DNA of 64,000 nucleotides from a virus. The notes under the pieces are model-generated. The model did not search any database and was not told the origin of the DNA. It saw only the letters and a program-made list of their open reading frames with translations. Location: IMG/VR virus record IMGVR_UViG_3300030117_003369, positions 1 through 64,000 of that record; one strand, written 5' to 3'. A program made the translations under genes and the position numbers. This document shows positions 1-7,743 of this stretch, in pieces; within the stretch, counting starts at the first letter, position 1; each line of letters opens with the position of its first letter.

Positions 1-142
1 TGGCAACCTCCATTAGGTATGCCAAATCAGTCCAAGAGGTATGCTTGTTAGCATCCCCTTCTAATTTATTCAAATCTTCAAAACTGACAGTCGTCATTGC
101 TGTCAAAACATTCGCCCACCAATCGGTGGGTTGTATTGGCAC
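1..142 (-). CDS. Hypothetical protein, 5' part only (runs off the window start)
   Basis: Read by hand: GTG at 142 preceded by GGTGA, frame open to position 1 (MPIQPTDWWANVLTAM...). Confidence 0.6.
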   Translation of the reverse strand, partial: MPIQPTDWWANVLTAMTTVSFEDLNKLEGDANKHTSWTDLAYLMEVA

Positions 143-211
143 ATCGTCACCGGCCACGCTCAGTCTATAGAGTCATACTTGAAAGTCATTCCCCTACGCA
201 CTTAGAAAAAA

Positions 212-535
212 TTACCACTTTACCTTGTCAGCCCAATATGCAGCACTCATCGGTCCACGCTTGATATTCTTAGCATGACGAGCCTTAAACGAAGCCCGCT
301 TCTTTGCCCGCTTACCTGTTGGCTTATCTTCAGTTACAGTATCTGCACCTTGTTCACCAAATCGAATCGTCTTAACTTTACCACCTGACCTTGCTACAAC
401 CACATGTGATTTCTTAGGGTGATTAGGAGTACGCTTAGGTTTATTGTAACCGCTAACCCCTGCTGCTTTTAGACGAGGATCTGGCTTCTTTGTCTTGAGT
501 AACTGCCAAGCAGACTCAAACATATCGCCTGCCAT
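212..535 (-). CDS. Small basic viral protein with N-terminal FESAWQLLK tag
   Basis: ORF 212..550, ATG 535 preferred. K/R-rich, ending in the common phage motif RASFKARH...SAAYWADKVKW. Confidence 0.8.
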   Translation of the reverse strand: MAGDMFESAWQLLKTKKPDPRLKAAGVSGYNKPKRTPNHPKKSHVVVARSGGKVKTIRFGEQGADTVTEDKPTGKRAKKRASFKARHAKNIKRGPMSAAYWADKVKW

Positions 536-671
536 GGAACGCTGACGCAAGTATAGGAAATAAAGGTGGCCCTTTCACCGGGATAGCATGACGATGAGCG
601 AAAGCGTCAATGAGAGAAAGTGTCGAAGTTTCACGGAGGTGTAGTGTCCGGGCCGGTCAATCTGAGACAAT

Positions 672-827
672 TCAGATATATAGGGCTGTTTCCTTATCCA
701 ACTGAATATGTTGGCACTTGTTACACATCCAAGCAACACCACGCTGCACACTGTTATACTTCGTATACAGTCGCTTAGTAGGTTGGTGCCCACATGCATT
801 GCAGGCAGGACTTGGTTTACGAGGCAT
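672..827 (-). CDS. Small Zn-ribbon protein (51 aa)
   Basis: Read by hand: MPRKPSPACNACGH...WMCNKCQH. GGTGA RBS, directly follows the stop at 832. Confidence 0.7.
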   Translation of the reverse strand: MPRKPSPACNACGHQPTKRLYTKYNSVQRGVAWMCNKCQHIQLDKETALYI

Positions 828-831
828 TTGC

Positions 832-1545
832 TCACCTTGCATCTTCCCAATCTATTATTCTACCTATCTCGTTATACACAGGTCTAACTTCTGCTGGTCC
901 CGGTGGTAAGTTACTTGTATCTGTTTCCGATGCAGTTTGAGGAGATCTAACAGGAGGGCGAGCAAGAAGTTCAGGTCTAACAGGAGGACGAGCGGGTGGG
1001 AGTCGCTTTAAGTTAGCACTCGGCGCAGGGCCTTGGTTTCTTGCCTGTTCAAGCATTTCTTTCAATTTATTATTCGGATTATCCATGTTAGCATCTAATG
1101 ACTGCTGTATAGTGGGTTCAGGTAATTCACTAGCGATCTCGCCATAGTCCATGGCATCATTCTTTAACAATCTAAATGCTATTTCCATTGGATGTCCAGT
1201 TTCTACAGTAAAGCGTGAATCGTCACCACTGTAGATTTCGGGACTTTGGTTAAAAAACTTAACAGTTTCAAAGTTTAATGGGTATCTTTTATTTCCTTCT
1301 TTTACACTTTGTAATTGTGTTTCACTAGGTGCCTCATTTCTTTCATCAGTCATCAATGTTGCTCTAGGAGTATTTTCATAAAAGCCGGGACCGGAAGGAT
1401 TTCTTACAAAATCAGGTTTTTTCGCTTGACTTACAAGGTTATGGGGGTACCCCGGCCTTTGTTCAAGTCGCCTTTCATCTTCAATATGAGCCGTGTCAGA
1501 TCTTCGCTTTAACAAAACCCAACTATCATAAAAGGGACTCGCCAT
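832..1545 (-). CDS. Hypothetical protein with two tag copies (PFYDSWVLLK, internal PMEIAFRLLK)
   Basis: 237 aa ORF, Pro-rich C-terminal part. Confidence 0.75.
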   Translation of the reverse strand: MASPFYDSWVLLKRRSDTAHIEDERRLEQRPGYPHNLVSQAKKPDFVRNPSGPGFYENTPRATLMTDERNEAPSETQLQSVKEGNKRYPLNFETVKFFNQSPEIYSGDDSRFTVETGHPMEIAFRLLKNDAMDYGEIASELPEPTIQQSLDANMDNPNNKLKEMLEQARNQGPAPSANLKRLPPARPPVRPELLARPPVRSPQTASETDTSNLPPGPAEVRPVYNEIGRIIDWEDAR

Positions 1546-1547
1546 GG

Positions 1548-2396
1548 CTACACCGACAGGGTTTGGGCTAAAGAAGGTTCTGCTATCTTCAAAGCAATGC
1601 GCTTGGCGTTGGCAAGGTCATCTATAGACACACCGCAGTCGTAGCCCCTAGCAGTCAACCATTTGACTAGTGACTCGGTTGCCAAGTTGCCGGGACTCCC
1701 ATCTACAAACGGACAGCCCCCTAAGCCAGCAATACTAGAATCAAACTCACTGATGCCACACTCAATGCCTTTGCGAACCAACGAAAGAGCATGCAATTCA
1801 CTATCTGCACGGTGATGAAGGTGAAGCGCAGGGCGAATACCTATCTTCTCACAGATACCTGCAGCAACCTCGACCTCGTGCTCAGTGCCGACCCCAACAG
1901 TATCTGACAAAACCACGGTATCACCAAACAATTTCGCAGCCTGAATCGCTCTGACACGCTTGCTCATAGGAATGTCACCCTCGTAAGGACAGCCGAAGTA
2001 GCACGATATATAGACACGAACATTGGCCTTCGGTATACCCTCAAGCATGAAAGCGTACCTAGCAATTGCCTCATTCAGTTCACAACCAAGGTTACGCCTG
2101 TTAAACTCCTCACTCGGAGAGAATACAATGTTGAAGTAAGTAACCCCTGACTTAATCGCACGGTCCATTCCACGCTGATTCATAACGAGCGCAGCCCCCT
2201 GCCCATCGAAAACCCTCTCAGCATCTGCCATCTGAGGAACATAAAGCGGGTGAGCAAAACTCACAGTTTCTATAGAACGCAAGCCTGCGCTCCTAAGTGC
2301 ATCGATTAACGCCCGCTTCATCCGGGTAGGTACGACCTTCTTGATTGTCTGCAATCCATCACGAGGGCCGACTTCGTAAATTGAAATCTTCTTCAT
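1548..2396 (-). CDS. hmgL: Hydroxymethylglutaryl-CoA lyase (DRE-TIM metallolyase), candidate auxiliary metabolic gene
   Basis: EVGPRDGLQ, PQMADA, FGCPYEG, LSDTVG, HLH metal site, GLGGCP and GNLATE motifs. ATG 2396 preferred over GTG 2405. Confidence 0.92.
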   Translation of the reverse strand: MKKISIYEVGPRDGLQTIKKVVPTRMKRALIDALRSAGLRSIETVSFAHPLYVPQMADAERVFDGQGAALVMNQRGMDRAIKSGVTYFNIVFSPSEEFNRRNLGCELNEAIARYAFMLEGIPKANVRVYISCYFGCPYEGDIPMSKRVRAIQAAKLFGDTVVLSDTVGVGTEHEVEVAAGICEKIGIRPALHLHHRADSELHALSLVRKGIECGISEFDSSIAGLGGCPFVDGSPGNLATESLVKWLTARGYDCGVSIDDLANAKRIALKIAEPSLAQTLSV

Positions 2397-2414
2397 CAGC
2401 CCCACCCATGTCTA

Positions 2415-2567
2415 TCACTTCAGGAAAAACAGGGCTTTCAAGGCTTTAAGCCAATTGACGGTCAACTTTTCACCAGTAACGAACTCAATACCTGTTTCTG
2501 CTTCTACACGATCTAACCTCGATGACTGGTGGTCGAACCACTCGTCTAACAGGGTGCAGCGTGTCAT
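2415..2567 (-). CDS. Hypothetical protein (50 aa)
   Basis: Read by hand: MTRCTLLDEWFDHQSSRLD..., GGAG RBS upstream. Confidence 0.6.
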   Translation of the reverse strand: MTRCTLLDEWFDHQSSRLDRVEAETGIEFVTGEKLTVNWLKALKALFFLK

Positions 2568-2742
2568 GTTGACTCCCAAGGATGTTCAGAAGTTAAGTTT
2601 TACTGTTCAAATGCCCCTAAGTCAACAATTATCGGAGGCTCTTCTCTCGGCCAAAATAGTGTCACAAAAAATGAAACCAAACCCAGTATGACGCATAATA
2701 ACCAAAGGGGCAGGCCTGTCAGTTCAACGGGGTCAGGAAGCG

Positions 2743-2952
2743 TCATTCAATTCCTAGTTCCTCTTGTCTGCGCTTAATTGCTTCCATCGCTTGAGCGGTT
2801 TTGGCTTCTTCTGTCTGCAGATAAGCAGTCCGATCTGCCTGAGCCTTTTCTCGTGCCACCTTCGCTGCCTGTCTTTCAGGGTCAGGAGTAAAAGGATTGT
2901 AAATCTCCTTTTCTTCCTTCAGAAAAGTCCACGCTGCGTCGAAAGGTTGCAT
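2743..2952 (-). CDS. Tagged small protein (MQPFDAAWTFLK)
   Basis: ORF 2743..2970, start placed at the shared motif. Confidence 0.75.
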   Translation of the reverse strand: MQPFDAAWTFLKEEKEIYNPFTPDPERQAAKVAREKAQADRTAYLQTEEAKTAQAMEAIKRRQEELGIE

Positions 2953-2957
2953 GGGTA

Positions 2958-3317
2958 TCACTCTTCCCAAATTACCTCACCATCATAGTCGTCCATAGGT
3001 AGGTTTAATGAGGGGTTTCTAGGAGGCAAACCGTAATCTCGCTGGTAGGCATAGGCAGCAGCAAGTCTCCTCTCGTACTCATCATTCTTTGCGTTTAATT
3101 GATTAAGAGTGTGTTGTCGACCGGGAGTACCTTTGGGTAAATTAAGCACCGCCAAACTCGCTGAGTTGAAAGGCGCAGGTATACCGTACTTGTAATCCAT
3201 ACCTACTTCAGTTGGCCTAGTGTTGCCACCAACATATAACTCAGGAGAGTTTTGCATAGACTGCTCTAGCAAAGTCATTTCTTTCAAAAGAGTCCAAGCC
3301 TGCTCAAATGGTCGCAT
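2958..3317 (-). CDS. Tagged small protein (MRPFEQAWTLLK)
   Basis: ORF 2958..3347, start placed at the shared motif with GGTGA upstream. Confidence 0.75.
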   Translation of the reverse strand: MRPFEQAWTLLKEMTLLEQSMQNSPELYVGGNTRPTEVGMDYKYGIPAPFNSASLAVLNLPKGTPGRQHTLNQLNAKNDEYERRLAAAYAYQRDYGLPPRNPSLNLPMDDYDGEVIWEE

Positions 3318-3327
3318 GGGTATCACC

Positions 3328-3738
3328 TTAGTATTGTCTACCGCCACTCATGTAGCCTTCGCCCGCTGCGGCGTTTCCACCTTCATCGAAAATGTCAGTT
3401 GGGGTAACTTCACCTGCGTCTATACGGCGTTCTAAATCATCATAGTACTTACGACTCATCTCTTCTCGGTGCCATCTGTCCTCTTCTGCTTGCATCTGTT
3501 CTATTTCTTCCTTGGTGGGAGCATAGTATTCAGCAAGGCCGGGATGATCTTCAGGGAAAGGAAGGGGCCTTGGTTGTCTATCGTTAAGATCCTCCCTTGT
3601 TAATGACAAAGGTAAACCTAAGTTTCTCTTACCAGCAACTCGATGCAACCTTACATGTCTATCAGTGTCGTCGAGAGTGCGAGCAGGCTCCGAAGTATAA
3701 CTCTTCAAGAGTCGCCAAGCATGATCGAAAGGTTGCAT
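3328..3738 (-). CDS. Tagged small protein (MQPFDHAWRLLK)
   Basis: ORF track, AGGTGA RBS. Confidence 0.8.
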   Translation of the reverse strand: MQPFDHAWRLLKSYTSEPARTLDDTDRHVRLHRVAGKRNLGLPLSLTREDLNDRQPRPLPFPEDHPGLAEYYAPTKEEIEQMQAEEDRWHREEMSRKYYDDLERRIDAGEVTPTDIFDEGGNAAAGEGYMSGGRQY

Positions 3739-3740
3739 AA

Positions 3741-3914
3741 TTACTCACCTCTAAACGCAGTTGCAGGATTCATCATCGGACTCCACTTTTGATTGTAACA
3801 ACTAATGCACTCTTCGGGACTACCAGTAGCAGGATCTATTTGACTAGGGTTGCCACAATGAGGGCACTTTACATCTTCTTTCAGTATTTTCCAAGCATGA
3901 TCGAAAGGTTGCAT
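3741..3914 (-). CDS. Tagged small Zn-finger protein (MQPFDHAWKILK; CPHC...CISC)
   Basis: ORF 3741..3923, start placed at the motif. Confidence 0.75.
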   Translation of the reverse strand: MQPFDHAWKILKEDVKCPHCGNPSQIDPATGSPEECISCYNQKWSPMMNPATAFRGE

Positions 3915-3919
3915 AAATA

Positions 3920-4288
3920 TCACATCGGTTGTTGCCTATCGCCTGAATAGTATTGTTCAACATCTTCACGGGTCAATTCCTCCATACCAGTATCGAGGGT
4001 GGGTGGATTTACTTGGCGATCATAAGGAGGTTGGCTAGTAAACATATTTGCAAGTAATAATCTCAATCGCTGATTATCAAAGTCATGCTTTTTATCAGAA
4101 TCTAATGGATCCACTGTATCTTGTCCCATTCGATAATGGAACAACTGTTCATTATTATCATCATCTATCAAATGTTGGCTTATTGGTGGGTTTCTTTCTA
4201 CATCAGTTTCTCCAAGTTCAGGTAACCTTACAGGAGAAGGCTTAGTATAATTTTTCAAAAGCCGCCAAGCCTGATCGAAAGGGCGCAT
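3920..4288 (-). CDS. Tagged small protein (MRPFDQAWRLLK)
   Basis: ORF track. Confidence 0.8.
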   Translation of the reverse strand: MRPFDQAWRLLKNYTKPSPVRLPELGETDVERNPPISQHLIDDDNNEQLFHYRMGQDTVDPLDSDKKHDFDNQRLRLLLANMFTSQPPYDRQVNPPTLDTGMEELTREDVEQYYSGDRQQPM

Positions 4289-4320
4289 TGTCTAACCCGA
4301 ACCACTCAAGACACAAATAG

Positions 4321-4671
4321 TTAGCGGGAGTTTTGGTATACTATCGCCCACGCTAAGTCAAAAGGTTCGCTAGCCAATTTTTCTTGGAAGTCCATATCAA
4401 AAGGTTGCTGAGATAGCATCTGTTGTTCAGCATCAGGTGTTCTCAATCTCATTTCATCAGTCAACGCCTGCTTTTGTTCGGGAGTTTGCAAAAAAGGCTT
4501 GTTAAAGCCAATTGAAGCCAGTTCATCATACTCAAACTCAGCAAATGGCCTTGGTGCATTACCTTCCTCCATATCTTTAAGTCGCTTTTCAGTAGCCGCC
4601 TCTCGTTGTAAAAACTCACGGTAACTTGGATCTTCCTTGAGCAAAGTCCACGCTAAATCAAATGGACTCAT
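4321..4671 (-). CDS. Tagged small protein (MSPFDLAWTLLK; second copy EPFDLAWAIV near the C-terminus)
   Basis: ORF 4321..4698, ATG 4671 at the motif. Confidence 0.75.
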   Translation of the reverse strand: MSPFDLAWTLLKEDPSYREFLQREAATEKRLKDMEEGNAPRPFAEFEYDELASIGFNKPFLQTPEQKQALTDEMRLRTPDAEQQMLSQQPFDMDFQEKLASEPFDLAWAIVYQNSR

Positions 4672-4773
4672 AGAACAAGCCAGTGCCAATGCCAACAAAA
4701 ACTTAGCGCTGGTTTTGGTATACTAAAAACGATTTTTTTGTAATTTTTTTTCAAGCGCCGTATGGGGTTAGAA

Positions 4774-4840
4774 GGGGAAAAGTTGGGTGAAAAGTCCCAT
4801 TCCTCCGGTGAAAAGTCGAGGGGGTTTATAAGGGGGGGTA
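4774..4840 (+). promoter_or_regulatory. Putative archaeal TATA promoter with upstream direct repeats at the strand-divergence point
   Basis: TTTATAA at 4825-4831 flanked by G-runs. GGTGAAAAGTC at 4786 and 4807, GGGGAAAAGTT at 4774. Confidence 0.5.
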
Positions 4841-4951
4841 TGTTTTATTGTCTATCGGTGCTGGCCTTCACGGCTCGCACACCTGCCCCTGTTCATAGAG
4901 CAGGGTAGGTACCCCGCTTGCCTGTGAGGGTTGCATCGAGGAGATGACATT

Positions 4952-5404
4952 ATGTCGGACACAGAAACAACAACCCCAACAGGACTAACTGCTATGCAGT
5001 TGAACATGCTGGTCGCAGGGTACGAAGTAACGCTACCTTGCGGAACCACGGTTCACCCGAAAGCAGAGTCCTCGAACCACGAAGCGCAGCCTACGGCTAC
5101 CAAGCCAGCGGCTAAGACAGCACCAGCCAAAGCGAAGAAGCAGAAGAGCGACAAGTACGCACCTGCTGGCTTCAAATACCTAAGCAAGGTGAAACTGCGA
5201 GAGGCAAAAATCGCAGGACTCATCCCGTGGCTAACCACCGTGAACGATGCGATGGAGAAGTACGGCATGACGACTGACTTCGCACCGCACACCGCTAAGG
5301 CAAAGGCTGGCGCAACCAAGGTAACCGTAGCCGGTGCTACGGAGATGTCCAAGCGTGACTCTGACGACCTCGCTCGTCTAAAGCGCAAGGGCATCATTGC
5401 CTGA
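4952..5404 (+). CDS. Basic Lys/Ala-rich protein, first gene of the plus-strand block, possible nucleic-acid binder
   Basis: ORF 4931..5404, ATG 4952 after GAGGAG. PAAKTAPAKAKKQK linker. Confidence 0.8.
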   Translation: MSDTETTTPTGLTAMQLNMLVAGYEVTLPCGTTVHPKAESSNHEAQPTATKPAAKTAPAKAKKQKSDKYAPAGFKYLSKVKLREAKIAGLIPWLTTVNDAMEKYGMTTDFAPHTAKAKAGATKVTVAGATEMSKRDSDDLARLKRKGIIA

Positions 5405-6420
5405 GTCTAAGCCAAGACGCCGTAGGCGCACCTAGAACCACCGCTACACAAAGCGGCCCCCCAGCCGGTAGGTCAACAATGTTGCAAGCCGTGCTGATTA
5501 CGAGGTGAGAAGGGACACCTGTCAAAATAAAACGAGCGTGGTACCCGCCGCTTAACCAAACGGAGTTACCGGACTATACCGGCCCAGCACACGCGATCGT
5601 GTGCGACCATCTGTAGCGGCTGCCCCTATACGCAAATGTAGCGGCAGCCCTCGCAGAATATGGCGAACAACATATTTGGCATAAGCCGAACAAGGCCGGA
5701 CAACCAACCACCTTGCGGGCCAGTTTGCACAAAACAAAGGAACACACGCTGCAAATGCGGCGGAGTTAGATGCAAAGAGCGCTGAAAAAAAGCGCATTCT
5801 ATTCAGCGAGCCGTGTGGGTATTGACATCCCGCACCACATTCACTTCTTGTCATCCCAACATCGTGCGAGGAGATTAATGCGTTAGTACCGCACGGCTCA
5901 AGTCACCTTCACCTATTCACGAACCGTTGTACTGCGAGTCAGCGGCTCGTTACGAATACATGAAATACAACATGTACACTAGTCATGTAATCGAAACCGT
6001 AGTGCTTACGAATACATATACACACTACCCATAGATAATATATCTCTTATTTCTGTAAGGGGTATAGTGTATGTACTGTACATGAAACTACGAATACACG
6101 ACTAGTGGACACGATGTATTCCATGTACACGATGTACGCAGTACAGCGTTTAGCCTATTCAATGCAGATGTACGGAGGGCGTAGAGCCTAGTGGGAGAGC
6201 GAAGCAATTCGCTGTACGCTCGTAGAGATACCGCCACGAAAATCGACAGAGAACCCAAGACCTCTTCGGGGGCTGACAGTCGGGAAAGACCGGCACCTAT
6301 TCCTTCCGGCGACATAAACGCCGGTGTTCACGGGTCGTGTGAACACTCAGTGCATGTAGAGAGGCTGCATGTTGTTAGTAGCACGACCCCCCATTCCTTA
6401 TGCGCACACGATCGCATACA
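5405..6420 (+). ncRNA. Candidate large structured non-coding RNA (~1 kb), family not recognised
   Basis: No credible ORF. Many stems with G-U pairs, GCAA and cUUCGg tetraloops, nested long-range pairings and a 3' pseudoknot. Boundaries approximate. Confidence 0.7.
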
Positions 6421-6445
6421 TCACATTCCCTTGGAGGAAACAAAC

Positions 6446-6628
6446 ATGAGCATGAGTATAGAACAAGTTTGGAAGCACACCGAGTATCAGCGCAAAATGC
6501 TAACCAATGCAATTATGCGATACTTGGGGGCGATACCACATAAAGATTGGACTGAAGAGCAGAAAGCACTTTGGCGAGAAATGGCAGATGTGAACAACAC
6601 ATCAATCGAAGAATACTTCGGAATCTAA
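6446..6628 (+). CDS. Hypothetical protein
   Basis: 3' part of ORF 6191..6628, ATG 6446 after GGAGG. Confidence 0.7.
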   Translation: MSMSIEQVWKHTEYQRKMLTNAIMRYLGAIPHKDWTEEQKALWREMADVNNTSIEEYFGI

Positions 6629-6660
6629 ATCACATATCACATTCCCACGGAGGAAAACAC

Positions 6661-6966
6661 ATGAGGACAGGAGACACAACATACATTGTGGTAAGGTTTG
6701 AGGAACGGGGCATTACATGTGCCGGTACTCATCTTATCCGAGAATGCGCAGAGTTACAGGCAGAAAGCCTTAACGAAAGGCGCAACAAGATACATGAAGC
6801 AAAGTGGCGAGTACAGGAGTCTATGTACTATGACGACTACATGGACTATGCTTACTTCATAAGGCAGAAGAAAGCAGATTTGGCAAAACTCGCTGAAGAT
6901 TGCGGCATAGCAAAATCAGGTACTAAGCACGACATTGCTATGCGCATATTGCGAGCCTGCGAATAA
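6661..6966 (+). CDS. Small protein with C-terminal SAP-like DNA-binding motif
   Basis: ATG 6661 after GGAGG. KKADLAKLAEDCGIAKSGTKHDIAMRI fits the SAP helix-loop-helix pattern. Confidence 0.65.
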   Translation: MRTGDTTYIVVRFEERGITCAGTHLIRECAELQAESLNERRNKIHEAKWRVQESMYYDDYMDYAYFIRQKKADLAKLAEDCGIAKSGTKHDIAMRILRACE

Positions 6967-6998
6967 TCACATTCACACAAACACAGGAGATGAAACAA

Positions 6999-7145
6999 AT
7001 GGACAACAGGAAAAAAGCATATTGTCCGGGCGGTTGCGGTGCGAGTACTTGGTACTCTACCTGCGTACCTGCTGGGAAGGAATCAGTTGTGCACCAAAGT
7101 ACGCACAACACGATACAGCACAAGTGCACATGCGCAAAAGCGTGA
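6999..7145 (+). CDS. Small Cys-rich protein (48 aa)
   Basis: Read by hand: MDNRKKAYCPGGCG...HKCTCAKA, AGGAG RBS. Confidence 0.55.
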   Translation: MDNRKKAYCPGGCGASTWYSTCVPAGKESVVHQSTHNTIQHKCTCAKA

Positions 7146-7193
7146 GCACATATCACATTCCCGCCCACTGAAGGGCGAGATAAGCAAAGAGAG

Positions 7194-7727
7194 ATGAATA
7201 TAATGAGTATGACATTAGGAGATATACTAATGAATGCGACTGTGAACGGACAAGAAGTAGAGGTGACCGCAGGTGTACTTTTACACGGTGCTATGGCAGA
7301 CACATTCGATACGAATGTAACTGCAACAGAAGGCGAACTTGGCTGGGACACGGAATCAGAGCGCATTGAAGCAATAGCGGAAATAGCAGCAAAGAGAAAG
7401 CAGAAGGAAATTGCACGAAGAAACCGAGAAGCACGACGCAAGAAGGGTTCAGGTGCTTACAAGGGCAACTGGAAACCATCTAAGGGCACAAGAGTTGTGA
7501 CAACGACTACAGGCAAGATGACAAAGGCGGAGTTTGATGGCAGCAAGGCGAAGCATGACAAGATAATGGAGAGAGATGCTTCAGGTAAGCGTGTTCACAA
7601 TTGCGCTGCTGCTAAAGCATACAGGCATCAAGTTTACGAATACATGTCCAAGCAGCGTGACGATGCAGGTAATTTGATTCGCACTGAGCACCCTGATGCA
7701 AGGGCAGTACAGTTAGCGGGCATTTGA
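7194..7727 (+). CDS. Hypothetical protein, acidic N-terminus and basic C-terminus
   Basis: ORF track, exact start uncertain. Confidence 0.75.
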   Translation: MNIMSMTLGDILMNATVNGQEVEVTAGVLLHGAMADTFDTNVTATEGELGWDTESERIEAIAEIAAKRKQKEIARRNREARRKKGSGAYKGNWKPSKGTRVVTTTTGKMTKAEFDGSKAKHDKIMERDASGKRVHNCAAAKAYRHQVYEYMSKQRDDAGNLIRTEHPDARAVQLAGI

Positions 7728-7743
7728 ACAGGAGATGAGATGA

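Larger units (their letters stand above)
6420..7162 (+). promoter_or_regulatory. Repeated intergenic motif ATCACATTC(C/A)C upstream of four consecutive genes
   Basis: Copies at 6420, 6636, 6966 and 7152, each shortly upstream of a start codon. Confidence 0.65.

Noticed and set aside
4786-4800. GAAAAGTCC resembling the RNase P RNA P4 motif
   Set aside because: Imperfect match, no 3' partner motif found, and it lies upstream of the TATA-like box
5808-5845. GAGCCGTGTG resembles the start of group II intron domain V
   Set aside because: The short domain V hairpin with its bulge and the following domain VI are not evident, the partner strand lies ~70 nt away, and there is no RT/maturase or interrupted gene
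5552-6445. ORFs 5552-5854 (-), 6088-6315 (-) and the 5' part of 6191-6628 (+)
   Set aside because: No RBS, atypical composition, and they overlap dense RNA-like structure
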